Positions 20,908-32,334 of a DNA stretch of 64,000 bases are shown piece after piece; the stretch's first letter is position 1; each line of letters begins with the position of its first letter. The DNA is from an uncultured Gemmatimonadales bacterium (GTDB taxonomy: Bacteria > Gemmatimonadota > Gemmatimonadetes > Gemmatimonadales > GWC2-71-9). The stretch lies in contig CAVUAK010000001.1 of NCBI GenBank assembly GCA_963739455.1, forward strand, positions 128,001 to 192,000. Reading direction: 5' to 3'. Position numbers and translations under genes: made by a program. The notes under the pieces are model-generated. The model was not told where the DNA came from. It saw nothing but the letters and a program-made list of their open reading frames with translations, and made no database searches.

Positions 20908-22032
20908 CAACTCTTTCCCCGGCCGCAACCCCGCCGCCGCCATCCGCCGGTACAGCGTACTCCGCGTTACCCCCAGCCGCTTCGCCGCCTCGTCCATCGT
21001 GCGACACTCCCGCACCGCCGCCACCAGCGCGCTCGCCCCACGCTCCACGGACCGCGCCCGCGGAATGATCACCCCCGCACCGATCGTCACACCGTTCACC
21101 ACGACCGGATGCACGATCGCGCCCAGCCCCTGTTCCAGCGGCACCATCAGTTCCCCTGCACCGGCATGCGACGTGAACTGAGTGGCCCGGAACACCTGCC
21201 GCGCCGTCGCCGCCGCGGACACCCCGTGCTCCGTGAGCATCTCTTCATGCACGGCACCGATCACCGTGCCCGCCCGGTCCACCGCGAGCGCCGTGTCGCC
21301 CGGCCACCGCCCGGTCAATTCGGCCAGCCGCCGCATCACCAGCGTGCGTCGCTCCGCTTCCCGCGCCCGCAGCATCTGCTCGATCGCCACCACCAGCGCC
21401 GCCGTGAGGCTCAGCGTGTGCGGGTGCGCCGAGTCGCGGAAACCGGAGATGTCCACCACGCCGCAGATCTCGCCGGTAAGCGGGTCCCGCACCGGCATCG
21501 CCGCGCAGTGCCATGCCTCCCAGCGCTCGCAGAAGTGCTCGGCGCCGACGATGTGCACCGGTCCGCCGGTTGCCAGGGCCGTCCCCGGGCCATTTGTTCC
21601 GACCGCCTCTTCGGCCCACAGCGCGCCGGGACGGAAATTGATCTCCGCCAGCCCGTCGAGGGCCCGCGGATCACCGTCACTCCAGAGCATCCGGCCCCGC
21701 GCATCGAAGAGGCTCAGGATGTGGCCGCCGTCGGCATAGGGTGCCGATGACGAGGCGACAGCGTGCCGGGCGTATGGCAGCCAATCGGAATGCTCGCGCG
21801 CCAGGCCGACATGATCGGCATCCCACACGATCGGCGCCTCCGGCATCGTGGGCGCCACCTGCTGCCGGATCGCCCGGTCCCAGGAGTCCCGCACCACCGG
21901 CCTCACCCCCGACGGCGACGTCCCCCGATGAAGCGCGAGGCCGCGCTGTTGTTCCACAGCCCGCTGCGCTGCTTTTCCGATTGGAAGTAGCTCTGGCTTC
22001 ACAAGCGTCGACCGTTGAGAGTCCGCATTCAT
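20893..22032 (-). CDS. GAF + Fis-HTH transcriptional regulator (AcoR-like, no AAA+ domain)
   Basis: VRDSWDR, WAEEAVGTNGPGTALA, GAEHF..WHCAAMPVRDP, C-terminal AAKRLGVTRSTLYRRM; no GAFTGA or Walker A. Confidence 0.85.
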   Translation of the reverse strand: MNADSQRSTLVKPELLPIGKAAQRAVEQQRGLALHRGTSPSGVRPVVRDSWDRAIRQQVAPTMPEAPIVWDADHVGLAREHSDWLPYARHAVASSSAPYADGGHILSLFDARGRMLWSDGDPRALDGLAEINFRPGALWAEEAVGTNGPGTALATGGPVHIVGAEHFCERWEAWHCAAMPVRDPLTGEICGVVDISGFRDSAHPHTLSLTAALVVAIEQMLRAREAERRTLVMRRLAELTGRWPGDTALAVDRAGTVIGAVHEEMLTEHGVSAAATARQVFRATQFTSHAGAGELMVPLEQGLGAIVHPVVVNGVTIGAGVIIPRARSVERGASALVAAVRECRTMDEAAKRLGVTRSTLYRRMAAAGLRPGKELRVRG

Positions 22033-22088
22033 CCCCGCCCTCCCCGCCCTCCCCGCCCTCCCCGCCTTCCCCGCCTTCCCCGCCTTCC
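22033..22088. repeat. 9-mer tandem repeat CCCCGCC(C/T)T x6
   Basis: Directly visible in the divergent promoter region. Confidence 0.9.
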
Positions 22089-22199
22089 GCAACCTACCCC
22101 GATTCCCCCAGCCTGCGATACAAATGTCCCGGGCACCTCTAGCGCGCTTCCCCGGCACCTCCCATTATCGACCCATTCCACACAGCCTGGAGTCGTTAT

Positions 22200-23750
22200 A
22201 TGACATCGACTGCCTCTCCCCTGACCGCGACCATTCCGGCCTCGACCCCCCTCGACAAACTGCACATCCCGATTCGGCCACGCTACGACAACTGGATCGG
22301 CGGTGAGTACTCGCCTCCGGCGCGCGGACAGTACTTCGTCAATCCATCACCGATTACCGGACTGCCGCTCTGTGAAGTGGCGCGGTCCACCCACGAAGAC
22401 GTGGACAAGGCGCTCGACTCGGCCCACGCCGCGGCCCTCAGCTGGAACGCCACCTCACCCGCCTACCGCGCCAACATCCTCAATCGCATCGCCGACCGGC
22501 TGGAAGAGAATCTCGAGGCCATCGCTCTCATCGAGACCATCGACAACGGCAAGCCGATCCGCGAGACCGTCGGCGCCGACGTCCCCCTCGCCATCGACCA
22601 CTTCCGCTACTTCGCAGGCTGTATTCGCGCGCAGGAGGGCGGCATCTCCCAGCTCGACAGCGAGACCGTCGCCTATCACTTCCACGAGCCGCTCGGCGTC
22701 GTAGCGCAGATCATCCCCTGGAACTTCCCGCTCCTCATGGCCACCTGGAAGCTTGCCCCCGCGCTCGCTGCCGGGAACTGTGTCGTGCTCAAGCCCGCCG
22801 AGCAGACACCGGTGTCCATCATGGCATTCATGGAGTTGATCGCCGACATCCTGCCGAGTGGCGTGGTGAACGTGGTGCAGGGCTTCGGGGTCGAGGCCGG
22901 CAAGCCGCTCGCCTCGAGCAACCGCATCAGCAAGGTGGCCTTCACCGGCGAGACCACCACCGGTCGCCTCATCATGCAGTACGCCTCCGAGAACCTCATC
23001 CCGGTGACCCTCGAACTCGGCGGCAAGTCGCCCAACATCTTCTTCGCCGACGTCATGCGCGAGGATGACGACTACTTCGACAAGGCGCTCGAGGGATTTG
23101 TCATGTTCGCCTTCAACCAGGGCGAGGTGTGTACCTGTCCCTCGCGCGCGCTGGTGCAGGAGTCGATCTACGATCGCTTCATGGAACGCGCCATCAAGCG
23201 CACGCAGGCCGTCATCGAGGGCAACCCGCTCGACGCGTCCACCATGATTGGCGCACAGGCCTCCAACGACCAGCTCGAGAAGATCCTGAGCTACATCGAC
23301 ATCGGGAAGAAGGAAGGTGCGAAGGTTCTCACCGGTGGCGCGCGCCGCGTCCACAAGGGCGAGCTCAAGGACGGCTACTACGTCCAGCCCACCATCCTCG
23401 AGGGCAACAACCGCATGCGGGTGTTCCAGGAGGAGATCTTCGGCCCCGTCGTCTCCGTCACCACCTTCAAGAATGCGGACGACGCCCTCGCCATCGCAAA
23501 CGACACCCTCTACGGGCTCGGCGCCGGCCTCTGGAGTCGCGATGCCAACACCTGCTACAACATGGGACGCGCCATCAAGGCCGGTCGCGTGTGGACCAAC
23601 TGCTATCACCTCTATCCTGCGCATGCGGCATTCGGCGGGTACAAGCAGTCGGGCATTGGCCGCGAGAATCACCGCATGATGCTGGATCACTATCAGCAGA
23701 CCAAGAACATGCTGGTGAGTTACAGCCCCAAGCGGGCCGGGTTCTTCTAG
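22200..23750 (+). CDS. aldB: Aldehyde dehydrogenase (AldB/ExaC/AcoD type)
   Basis: [49 protein letters not shown]. Confidence 0.93.
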   Translation: MTSTASPLTATIPASTPLDKLHIPIRPRYDNWIGGEYSPPARGQYFVNPSPITGLPLCEVARSTHEDVDKALDSAHAAALSWNATSPAYRANILNRIADRLEENLEAIALIETIDNGKPIRETVGADVPLAIDHFRYFAGCIRAQEGGISQLDSETVAYHFHEPLGVVAQIIPWNFPLLMATWKLAPALAAGNCVVLKPAEQTPVSIMAFMELIADILPSGVVNVVQGFGVEAGKPLASSNRISKVAFTGETTTGRLIMQYASENLIPVTLELGGKSPNIFFADVMREDDDYFDKALEGFVMFAFNQGEVCTCPSRALVQESIYDRFMERAIKRTQAVIEGNPLDASTMIGAQASNDQLEKILSYIDIGKKEGAKVLTGGARRVHKGELKDGYYVQPTILEGNNRMRVFQEEIFGPVVSVTTFKNADDALAIANDTLYGLGAGLWSRDANTCYNMGRAIKAGRVWTNCYHLYPAHAAFGGYKQSGIGRENHRMMLDHYQQTKNMLVSYSPKRAGFF

Positions 23751-23753
23751 CCC

Positions 23754-24140
23754 GTGGACATTGCGCGGGTCGACATCACGCCCGAAGCGACAACCGTGCT
23801 CCGCCAGCTTGTGGCGGAGCACGGTCCGTTGCTCTTCCATCAGTCGGGCGGCTGCTGCGACGGCAGCTCGCCCATGTGCTATCCAGCCAATGAATTCCGC
23901 GTCGGCCAGCGCGACGTGCACCTGGGAGACGTGGACGGCGTGCCGGTCTACATCGGCGGCCTCCAGTTCGAGCTCTGGCGCCACACCCAGCTGCTCATCG
24001 ATGTCGTGCCCGGTCGCGGGGGTGGCTTCTCGCTGGAGACGCCGCTCGGCGTCCGCTTCCTCACACGCTCACGCGTCTTCGATGCAGCGGAGCAGGCATG
24101 GCTTGATGCCTGCCCCGTGCATCTCGGCCCGGTCGGGTAG
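23754..24140 (+). CDS. DUF779 family protein
   Basis: FHQSGGCCDGSSPMCYP; usual neighbour of this ALDH type. Confidence 0.92.
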   Translation: MDIARVDITPEATTVLRQLVAEHGPLLFHQSGGCCDGSSPMCYPANEFRVGQRDVHLGDVDGVPVYIGGLQFELWRHTQLLIDVVPGRGGGFSLETPLGVRFLTRSRVFDAAEQAWLDACPVHLGPVG

Positions 24141-24208
24141 GGATTCCCATGCCACGCCTCCTTATCGAGGAGGCCCAGGCCTGATCCCATTATCATCCGG
24201 GCACGGCC

Positions 24209-25402
24209 ATGTCCGGCTTCCTGACGACCCACTCCATTGCCCTCCTCACCCTCGCCATTTTCGAGGCGGTGGTGATCGTCGCGTTGCTCCTGCGCAACCG
24301 GGACCGGGAACGGATCGCCCAGGCCAGGCTGGACGCCGAGATGCGGGTCCGGCTCATCGTCGATCGCGTACCCGTCATGGTCTGGACCGCCCGGCCCGAC
24401 ACCAGCCTCGACTACCTCAACAACACCTGCGTCGAGTTCACCGGGCTCCCGCTTGCTCGGCTGCTGGAGCGCGGCTGGCTCGACACCGTCCACCCCGACG
24501 ATCTGGACCGCATTGTCGGCATCTTCACACCCGCCGTCGAGCAGCGCGAGCCGTTCTGGATGGAGTACCGGATACGTCGGCCGGATGGCTCGTACAGCTG
24601 GGTACTGGACACGGGCGTTCCCCATTACGGTCCGGATGGCGCGTACACCGGCTACATGGGTTGCACAGTCGACGTCACCGGGCGCCGGAAGGCCGAGGAC
24701 CTCTCCCGTGAGCGCCAGGAGGCACTCGAGGCGAGCCGCGACGAGATCCGGCGGCTCGCGGGCCGGCTCATCGAGGCCCGCGACGCCGAGCGCACCCGCA
24801 TCGCGCGTGACCTGCACGACGACGTCAGCCAGCAGCTGGCTGGCATCTCGATCGCGCTCAGTCGCGTGCGACACCGGATGGAGGTACTGGGCACGACGGA
24901 CGACCTGAAGGAGGAACTGCGCGGCTTGCATGAACGCGCCAGCGCCGTCGCACAGAATATTCGCCACATCTCCCACGACCTGCATCCCACCGTGCTGCAG
25001 CACGCCGGCCTGGCCGCAGCACTCGGAGCCAGCTGCGCCGACATCGAGCGCCTGCACGGTACCGTCGCGAGCTGCGTCGTGGAGGGCGACATCACCTCCC
25101 TGGCCCCCGAGGCGGCGCTGTCACTCTATCGCATCGCCCAGGAAGCACTCCGCAACGTCATCGTTCACGCCGGGGCACAGCGCGTCGAGGTGCGGCTCGA
25201 GCAGGTAGACGGCCACGCCGAGCTCTCCGTGACCGATGACGGACGGGGCTTCGACGCCGAGAGCCGCGCCAGCCGTGGATCGGGGCTCGGGTTGGTCAGC
25301 ATCGCCGAGCGCGCGAGGCTCGCCCGCGGCACTCTGAGGGTCTCCTCGCGCACCGGGCACGGCACTACCGTGCGTGTGCGCATTCCCGTGACCATCGCGT
25401 AG
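24209..25402 (+). CDS. PAS sensor histidine kinase (HisKA_3/NarX type)
   Basis: N-terminal TM, PAS (WLDTVHPDD), ERTRIARDLHDDVSQ, QEALRNV..H, DDGRGF, GLGL. Confidence 0.92.
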   Translation: MSGFLTTHSIALLTLAIFEAVVIVALLLRNRDRERIAQARLDAEMRVRLIVDRVPVMVWTARPDTSLDYLNNTCVEFTGLPLARLLERGWLDTVHPDDLDRIVGIFTPAVEQREPFWMEYRIRRPDGSYSWVLDTGVPHYGPDGAYTGYMGCTVDVTGRRKAEDLSRERQEALEASRDEIRRLAGRLIEARDAERTRIARDLHDDVSQQLAGISIALSRVRHRMEVLGTTDDLKEELRGLHERASAVAQNIRHISHDLHPTVLQHAGLAAALGASCADIERLHGTVASCVVEGDITSLAPEAALSLYRIAQEALRNVIVHAGAQRVEVRLEQVDGHAELSVTDDGRGFDAESRASRGSGLGLVSIAERARLARGTLRVSSRTGHGTTVRVRIPVTIA

Positions 25403-25404
25403 GC

Positions 25405-26046
25405 GTGGTCCACCACCAGCCCCGCCGTACGGCCGTGCTCCTGGCCGACGATCACGCGATCGTCCTCGAGGGACTGTCACGGCTCCTTGCCGATCACGAC
25501 TTCGATATAGTGGGCACGGTCGCCAACGGCGACCTGCTGCTCGATGCCGCCCGCCGCCTTCGCCCCGACATCATCGTCACCGACCTCTCGATGCCGGGCA
25601 TGAGTGTCCTCGAGGTCCTCACCCGGCTCAAGGCCGCGCATATCGACAGCAAGGTCATCGTGCTCACCATGCACAGCGACGCGAACCTCGCCGCCTCGGC
25701 TTTGCGCGCCGGGGCCGCCGGCTTTCTGCTCAAGGAGTCGGCCGGTGAGGAACTCCTGGGGGCGATCAGGCAGGTGCTGCAGGGGCGGGTCTATCTCGCC
25801 CCGGCACTCACGCGGGGCGTCATGGAGCGCATGGCCGCCGGGGACGCGCCGGAGCCGTCACTCACCCCCAGGCAGCGCGATGTCCTCCGGCTCATCGTGA
25901 GGGGCATGCGCATGAAGGAGGTTGCCGCCGAGCTGGGCCTCTCGACCCGCACCGTTGAGGCCCACAAGTACGAGATGATGCAGGTGCTCGGCCTGCACTC
26001 GACCGCCGAGCTCGTCCGCTATGCCATCGATCGGCAGCTCGGCTGA
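25405..26046 (+). CDS. NarL/LuxR family response regulator
   Basis: LADDH, DLSMP, LTMH, LTPRQRDVL..TVEAHK HTH. Confidence 0.92.
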   Translation: MVHHQPRRTAVLLADDHAIVLEGLSRLLADHDFDIVGTVANGDLLLDAARRLRPDIIVTDLSMPGMSVLEVLTRLKAAHIDSKVIVLTMHSDANLAASALRAGAAGFLLKESAGEELLGAIRQVLQGRVYLAPALTRGVMERMAAGDAPEPSLTPRQRDVLRLIVRGMRMKEVAAELGLSTRTVEAHKYEMMQVLGLHSTAELVRYAIDRQLG

Positions 26047-26051
26047 ATGCC

Positions 26052-26606
26052 TCAGCGAGCCTGGTGAAGCTGCGCTGAAGCCCTCCGGATGCCGGCCACG
26101 GCATACCAGGCGCCGGTAACATAGACCAGCACGCACAGACCCTGCGCCGCGAGCCAGAGGTTTTTCCCCGGCTGTACCGGCTCGAAATAGAAGTTCGGCC
26201 AGATCCGGTTGCCCACCACGTAGAGCACTGCCGCACTCACCAGCATGCCGATGAGCCCGTATGCACAGAGCGTCGGCGCGATGCTCTCCTGACGCGACAG
26301 CGCTGGCGGGGCGCCCTGGCGCATCAGCGCGAGGTAGCAGAGGCCGATCGCGATCATCCCCAGGCCGCCCGCCTTGAGGGTCAGCTCGGCGAGCACCGCC
26401 GGGCATCCCCACCACAGCGTCATGTTCTTCAGGAAACCCGGTCCGACGTCACCCGCGATGGCGCCATGCATGTAGTGAAGAATCGGGACAAATCCGGTGA
26501 CGAACCCGGTGAAGAAGAGAGTGAGGCCCCAGCGGATGTGCTTCCAGCCGATCGACGTGGCGGTGGCGACAGCTTCTCCGCCAATGGGCATCGCGGCGCT
26601 GCTCAT
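26052..26606 (-). CDS. Hypothetical 4-TM membrane protein
   Basis: Four hydrophobic segments; ATG at 26606 preceded by AAGG. Confidence 0.65.
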   Translation of the reverse strand: MSSAAMPIGGEAVATATSIGWKHIRWGLTLFFTGFVTGFVPILHYMHGAIAGDVGPGFLKNMTLWWGCPAVLAELTLKAGGLGMIAIGLCYLALMRQGAPPALSRQESIAPTLCAYGLIGMLVSAAVLYVVGNRIWPNFYFEPVQPGKNLWLAAQGLCVLVYVTGAWYAVAGIRRASAQLHQAR

Positions 26607-26763
26607 ATTGCTTACCTTGTTGGAAGGGAACAGGTTCGAGAGGCTGCTCCCGCAACACTGCGTTTCGCCAACAACGAAGTCAACGCCACTAGGTAGTTTT
26701 TCGGACCCCGCCCCACCGCACTTCTTCTCTCCCTGACCATCAGTGCCGTTGCGACAATTGACC

Positions 26764-27192
26764 ATGCTCGAAAACAGCCAGGGTCTGGCCCGGCCGCGCG
26801 TACTGCTGGCCGACGATCATGTGGAGACCGCCATGCAGCTCGGCCAGTTGCTCGGCACACGCTTCGATGTCGTCGTAGCGGTGGAGGACGGCCTGGCACT
26901 CCTGAGCGCCGCCGCGATCTTCGCGCCCGACGTCATCGTGACCGACATCGCCATGCCCGGCCTCGATGGGATCGAGGCCACCCGCCTCATCCGGCGCGAC
27001 AACCCCGCCGCCCGCGTGGTCTTCGTCACCGTGCACTCCGAGTCGGCGCTGGTGGATCGCTGTCTCGCCGCCGGGGGAATGGGCTACGTGCTGAAGGATG
27101 CCGCTGGCGAGGACCTGGTGACGGCCGTCGAGGCAGCGCTCCGGGGTGAACGCTTCGTTAGCAAGGACATTCAGTGGAGAACTCGAGGATGA
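26764..27192 (+). CDS. Stand-alone response regulator receiver
   Basis: VLLADDH, DIAMPGLDG, YVLK; no output domain. Confidence 0.88.
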   Translation: MLENSQGLARPRVLLADDHVETAMQLGQLLGTRFDVVVAVEDGLALLSAAAIFAPDVIVTDIAMPGLDGIEATRLIRRDNPAARVVFVTVHSESALVDRCLAAGGMGYVLKDAAGEDLVTAVEAALRGERFVSKDIQWRTRG

Positions 27193-28130
27193 GACGGATC
27201 GTCGCGGTAATGCTGCTGGCACTGTCCTTTCCAGTCACTGGGAGCGCACAGCTGGCCGGGGAGCACGCCATGGTCTCCTTCGGCCTCAAGTCAGCCAGCC
27301 AGCCGCCACCGGGAATGTTCCTGGCCCCGCTCTGGTTCAACTGGAACGTCAATGACATCGTCGGCCGTGACGGCACCAAGGTGCCGATTGACCTCACCGT
27401 GAACTCGGTGGCCCTCTTTGGCTGGCTCGTCACCCCGAAGAAGCTGCTCGGCGGTACCTACGGCGCCCAGTTTACCGTGCCGTTTGTCTCCAATGCCCTC
27501 GAGTTGCCAAGGCTCGGTTATGAGAGCAGCGTCGGGCTCGGGTTGGGCGACATCTACCTCATGCCGGTCAACCTCGGGTGGCACCTGCCGCGCGCTGATT
27601 TTCTCGCCGGCCTCGCCGTCTATCTTCCGACCGGCACCTACACGCCCAACGCCAATGACAACCACGGCATGGGCATGTGGTCCTTCGAGATCTCCGGAGG
27701 GTCCACCCTCTACTTCGATAAGGCGCAGCAGTGGCACTTCTCCGCGCTCGGCTACTACGAGATGCACAGCGGCAAGGAAGACCAGGACCTGAGCGTCGGG
27801 AGCATCCTGACCGTCGAGGGTGGGCTGGGCGGCACCTTTCTCAAGGGCGCGCTGTCAGCCGGCGTAGCCTATGGCGCCTCGTGGAAAATGACTGATGACA
27901 GTGGTGCCGATTTCCCCTCCGTTATCCTGCCCGGCAGCAATCATCTCTACACGCTTGGACCCGAAGTCTCTCTCGTTGGCTTCTACAAGCCGCCGTGGAT
28001 GATCTCGCTCACCGCCCGCTACCTCTGGGACGTCGGTGCGAAGTCGAGCTTTGAAGGCAACCGCTTCGTCATGTACGCCACCGTCGGACGGTTGCACCTC
28101 TCCCCCGGGACAGGCGGAGCAGCTAAATAG
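27189..28130 (+). CDS. SphA / phenol-MetA family outer-membrane channel
   Basis: Signal peptide, PPPG, GLGDIYLMPVNLGWH, YLPTGTY...N.G...W. Confidence 0.8.
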   Translation: MRRIVAVMLLALSFPVTGSAQLAGEHAMVSFGLKSASQPPPGMFLAPLWFNWNVNDIVGRDGTKVPIDLTVNSVALFGWLVTPKKLLGGTYGAQFTVPFVSNALELPRLGYESSVGLGLGDIYLMPVNLGWHLPRADFLAGLAVYLPTGTYTPNANDNHGMGMWSFEISGGSTLYFDKAQQWHFSALGYYEMHSGKEDQDLSVGSILTVEGGLGGTFLKGALSAGVAYGASWKMTDDSGADFPSVILPGSNHLYTLGPEVSLVGFYKPPWMISLTARYLWDVGAKSSFEGNRFVMYATVGRLHLSPGTGGAAK

Positions 28131-28163
28131 CAGCACCTGAACACACGACTGAAAGGAAATCGT

Positions 28164-29777
28164 ATGCGCCCGCTTCTGTTTGGCTCGCTCGCACTGCTCG
28201 GAGTCGTCACGGCCACAGGCCCAATTTCAGCACAGGTATCCCAGAAGACGATCGACTCCATCGGCGTTCCCGCAAAGACGGTGACGCGAATCGGTACGCT
28301 CGAGTACAGGGACGGCGTACCCCTGCCGGCCACGGCCGAGAGGGCGTACGACTACCTCGACTTCACCCACGCGGTGGATGTGTACCTCAACACCTTCCAG
28401 GGTGTGTCCACCCAGGCAGTGGCCGAGGGCTTCAAGGCGTCAGGCGTGCAGGACAATCAGATCCTGATCTTCCGCAAATTCATGGATGCGAAGTCGCTCT
28501 ACCTCACCGCCAATGCCGACGTGGTCTACTACATCGGGATCCTCGACCTCACCAAGGGGCCGATGGTGCTCGAGACACCGCCCGGTGCACTCGGCACACT
28601 CGATGACATGTGGTTCAACTGGGTCATCGATTTCGGCAATCCCGGACCGGACCGCGGGGCTGGTGGCCGTTTCCTGGTGCTCCCGCCGGGCTATGACGGT
28701 CCCGTGCCTGAGGGCGGGTTCTACGTCTCACGCTCTGCGACCAGCCGTGTGCTGATCCTGGGCCGCTCGTTCATTGCGAACGACGATCCCAAGCCGACCT
28801 CGGACGAGATCGAGCGCACGCTCAAGATTTACCCCTACGTGCCAGGCACCCTGGGCACGAGCATCGCCCAGATCCTGTCGGGCTCCGTCAGGCCGGGCCG
28901 CCAGGGGGAGATCGCGAAGACGGTGTTTGTCGAGGGCACCGACAAGTCTATGAACACGATCCCGCCAAGCGACTTCGGCTTCTATGAGATGCTCGATCGC
29001 CTGGTACAGGCGGAACCAGTGGGAGCCATCGACGCCGAACGCATGGGGGCGCTCGCCGCCATCGGCATCGTCAAGGGCAAGCCGTTTGCTCCCGACGTAC
29101 GGATGAAGAAGATCCTCACGGAAGCAGCCGCCTCGGCCGCAGCGATGTCGCGCACGCTCTCCTATTTGCCGCGCGAGTCCGAGGGCTGTGGCCTCTATCC
29201 CGGGTCCAGCTGGAACAACTGCCTCTGGGTCGGTGGCTATACCATGGAAACGCCGCCGCCGATGATCACGAAGGAAGGGGTCAAGCCCTTCCCCCCAACC
29301 GGCGCGAAGACGCTCAACGCTCGCACCGCCTTCTTCTACTACGCCACCGGCATCACCCCGGCCATGATCATGCGGCTGCCGGACATCGGCTCGCAGTATC
29401 TCATGGCTTTCCTCGACGCTAACAAGCAGCCGTTCGACGGGGCGAAGACTTACAAGGTCACGCTCCCGCCCAATATCCCGGCCGCCAAGTTCTGGTCGTT
29501 TACGCTCTATGACAACCAGACCCGCTCCATGCTCGACACGCCGCAGAAATATCCCCGCGCCGGCAGCCAGGGCTATCCATCACCGGCAGCGGAGAAGAAC
29601 GCCGACGGCTCCACCACCGTGTACTTCGGCCCGACGCAACCCTCCGGTGTGGCACGCGGGAACTGGATCCAGACCGTCCCAGGCAAGGGCTGGAACACGA
29701 TCCTCCGCCTCTACAGCCCGCTGGAGCCCTTCTTCTCCAAGGAGTGGAGGCCGAGCGAAATCGAGCTGGTGAAGTAG
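28164..29777 (+). CDS. DUF1254/DUF1214 exported protein
   Basis: LTANADVVY, GPDRGAGGRFL, FWSFTLYDNQTRS, NADGS..VYFGP, LRLYSP. Confidence 0.9.
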   Translation: MRPLLFGSLALLGVVTATGPISAQVSQKTIDSIGVPAKTVTRIGTLEYRDGVPLPATAERAYDYLDFTHAVDVYLNTFQGVSTQAVAEGFKASGVQDNQILIFRKFMDAKSLYLTANADVVYYIGILDLTKGPMVLETPPGALGTLDDMWFNWVIDFGNPGPDRGAGGRFLVLPPGYDGPVPEGGFYVSRSATSRVLILGRSFIANDDPKPTSDEIERTLKIYPYVPGTLGTSIAQILSGSVRPGRQGEIAKTVFVEGTDKSMNTIPPSDFGFYEMLDRLVQAEPVGAIDAERMGALAAIGIVKGKPFAPDVRMKKILTEAAASAAAMSRTLSYLPRESEGCGLYPGSSWNNCLWVGGYTMETPPPMITKEGVKPFPPTGAKTLNARTAFFYYATGITPAMIMRLPDIGSQYLMAFLDANKQPFDGAKTYKVTLPPNIPAAKFWSFTLYDNQTRSMLDTPQKYPRAGSQGYPSPAAEKNADGSTTVYFGPTQPSGVARGNWIQTVPGKGWNTILRLYSPLEPFFSKEWRPSEIELVK

Positions 29778-29798
29778 TAGTGGAATGATGAGATCGTC

Positions 29799-30515
29799 GT
29801 GGAAACGTGCTCGTCGCCAAGGCCGAACCGGGCATCGTTTGGCGCGGTGCTGCTCGCCGTCGCGCTGCTGTGCGCGGCGCGCGAGGGCACCGCGCAAACC
29901 ACGTCGAAGCAATTCTGGCCGGAACTCGAGGTGTTCTACCGGTTGGGCACGCGCGCGCGCCTGTATGCCCTGGCCAACCACACGTTCTCCTCTGACAATC
30001 TCCAGGATGACCAGCAGTACGGGATCAACCTGGATCTCTTCATCAAGCGCGTACTCTCCCCTGTTCTCGACACCCGTGAGCTCGACCGCGGCCAGCCGAT
30101 CATGCTGCGGGTGGGCTACCGCTACGACCTGGACTTCAACCTGCCGGAATCTCCTGTTACAGACAGGATTCTGGTCGAACTCACGGTTCGCTGGACCTTC
30201 AAGGGAGTGACACTCGCCAGCCGGAACAGCATCGATTTCAGGTGGACCGACGGCAGGTACTCGTCTCGCTATCGGACCCGCGCTCGGCTGGAGGTGCCCG
30301 TTTCACTGAAGGGCTACAAACCGGCGCCGTACGCCAGCGCCGAATGGTACTACTCGATCCAGGCCGGGGAGTGGACCAAGGCGAAGTATGAAGTGGGCGC
30401 ACACCTGCCCATTTCCCGGCACATCGCCACTGAGCCTTACGCCGGGTGGGAAACCGACTGGGACCGGACGCCCAGCGTGCGGGCACTGGGCCTGAGGCTC
30501 ATCCTCTCCTGGTGA
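29799..30515 (+). CDS. DUF2490-like outer-membrane beta-barrel
   Basis: Signal peptide, amphipathic strands, SRYRTRARLE, terminal Trp. Confidence 0.65.
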   Translation: METCSSPRPNRASFGAVLLAVALLCAAREGTAQTTSKQFWPELEVFYRLGTRARLYALANHTFSSDNLQDDQQYGINLDLFIKRVLSPVLDTRELDRGQPIMLRVGYRYDLDFNLPESPVTDRILVELTVRWTFKGVTLASRNSIDFRWTDGRYSSRYRTRARLEVPVSLKGYKPAPYASAEWYYSIQAGEWTKAKYEVGAHLPISRHIATEPYAGWETDWDRTPSVRALGLRLILSW

Positions 30516-30542
30516 AGCACGCAGGGCGTCTCGCGCACCACT

Positions 30543-32300
30543 TCACTCGCCGGCCAGCACCGGGATCAGCAGCCTCGATGATGACGCAATCGTCCGCAGG
30601 CTGCTCGTTCCCACGCTCGCATGCCGGAAGCTCATGATCGCCGGCGTCGCCGGGTCCTGGTCATCGCCCGTCAGGTAGAGCCGCAGCTTGTAGCCCGCCT
30701 TGAGCCGCCGCGCATTCGCCACCAGGGGAATGCGGTATCGCACCACCTCACCGATCGGAACCGCGGTCGCGGTGGTGCAGGGCAGCACCGGGGCGCCGAT
30801 GCGACTCGCCGCTTCATCCACCGCTCGAAGGCTCGCCCTCAGGTAGCCGCCGGTTATCTCGCTCACCTCTCCGCGGTCGTTCACTTCCTGCAGCAGCGCG
30901 ATCCAGCCGGCATCCGCCGCCGTGATGCTGGCGTCGAGTTGCAGCTCGATGTCGCCCACCATGTCCACATCCTTCACGAACGCTTCGGTGGTCCACTCCA
31001 GGTGCGACTGGCGGGTTCGTCTCATGTGCCTGCGGCGGCGGGTTCTGCCCGGCGCTGATTGTCATCATCGACCGCTCGCCCGCGGCACCTTCGCCCTCGG
31101 AGAGCAACCCGTCCGGCCGGAGCGCTAGTTCACGATAACGCGTTCCCGGGATCGGCCACGACTCAGCCGCGTGCCATCCCTCGGCGCCGGGGAGCACATA
31201 GCGGAACTTCGGACCCTCGAGAATCCCGGTGTCCCGTCCCTTGAGCCAGTGATCGAACCAGGCCAGCGCCTCGACATGCAGGCTCTCCCACGGCCAGCTC
31301 AAGCCGTGCTCACCCAGCATCGCCACCTGCACATGCGGACTGTTCGTCAGCTCGGCGAGCGCCGTGAACGTGGACGGCAGGTGCAGCGGCACGTTGTCCC
31401 AGTCGCAGCCGAGATAGACCGGCACCTTCACCTTGTGCAGCAGCGGGCGGAGGTCGCGCTCGTTCCACCACGCGTCGCGCAGTCGGGTGCTCGACGGCGA
31501 TCGAGCGCCACAGGTCGTCCCACGGGTGCGGCGGGTGATGCAGCTTCAGCAGAAGCTTGAGCCCGGTCATCGCGGCTTCACCGTTCATCCGTGTCGAACT
31601 TCTTGTGGATCGCCGGCGTGAGCAGGACCTCGCGGACGGCGCCCAGCAGCTTGCTCCGCCAGAGCTTGTTGGTGTGCGCGGCGTTCATGCCCACCATGGA
31701 GAGGAACGGCGTGACGAAACCCTGCGCTTAGCAGGCCATGGTGCGTGGCCGCCTCGTACAGGTCGGTGGTCACCGCCACCGGCATGATCGCCTTCAGGTG
31801 CGGTGGCTGTTCCACCGCCGCCTCGAGCTGCGTCATCGCGAAATAGCTGATGCCGATCATCCCGACGTTGCCGTCGGACCACGGCTGCTCCGCCGCCCAC
31901 TCGACCAGGTCGTACATGTCCCGGCGTTCCTGCCCGTCGAAGAAGCCGAAGGTCCCGCCCGATCCGCCGGTGCCACGCAGGTTGGCGATGACGTGGACGT
32001 AGCCGCGCGGAACGAAGAAGTCGCTGGCACCCGCCTCGATGAAGCCCATCGGGGCGCCGATGTTCTGGATCTGCCGCGGGTACGGTGACGCCGCGATCAG
32101 CACCGGATACCGGCCCGGCTCCAGCGGGCCGGTGCACATCCACCAGCAGCTCGGTGCCGTCGCGCGTCCGGAACGGCAACGTCCTCGTCGCACGTTGCGG
32201 TGAACTGCGGCGTCGAGAGGTTGCGGTAGGTGCGACCAGTGGTCTGGGGACCATTCAACTGGCGCTGACCGGGCTCGGTGCCGGAAACGAGTGGTCTCAT
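30543..32300 (-). CDS. CocE/NonD family hydrolase; multiple frameshifts
   Basis: Fragments RDGTELLVDV, SPYPRQ, RGTGGSGG, WSDGNVGMIGISYFA, WFDHWLKG and PepX_C-like tail. Confidence 0.85.
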
Positions 32301-32334
32301 GACGAGGCAGACTGCATCAATTAGTTGTACAGGG

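Noticed and set aside
26686..26706. Possible response-regulator box TAGGTAGTTTTTCGGA in the divergent promoter
   Set aside because: Single imperfect instance with no supporting second copy.
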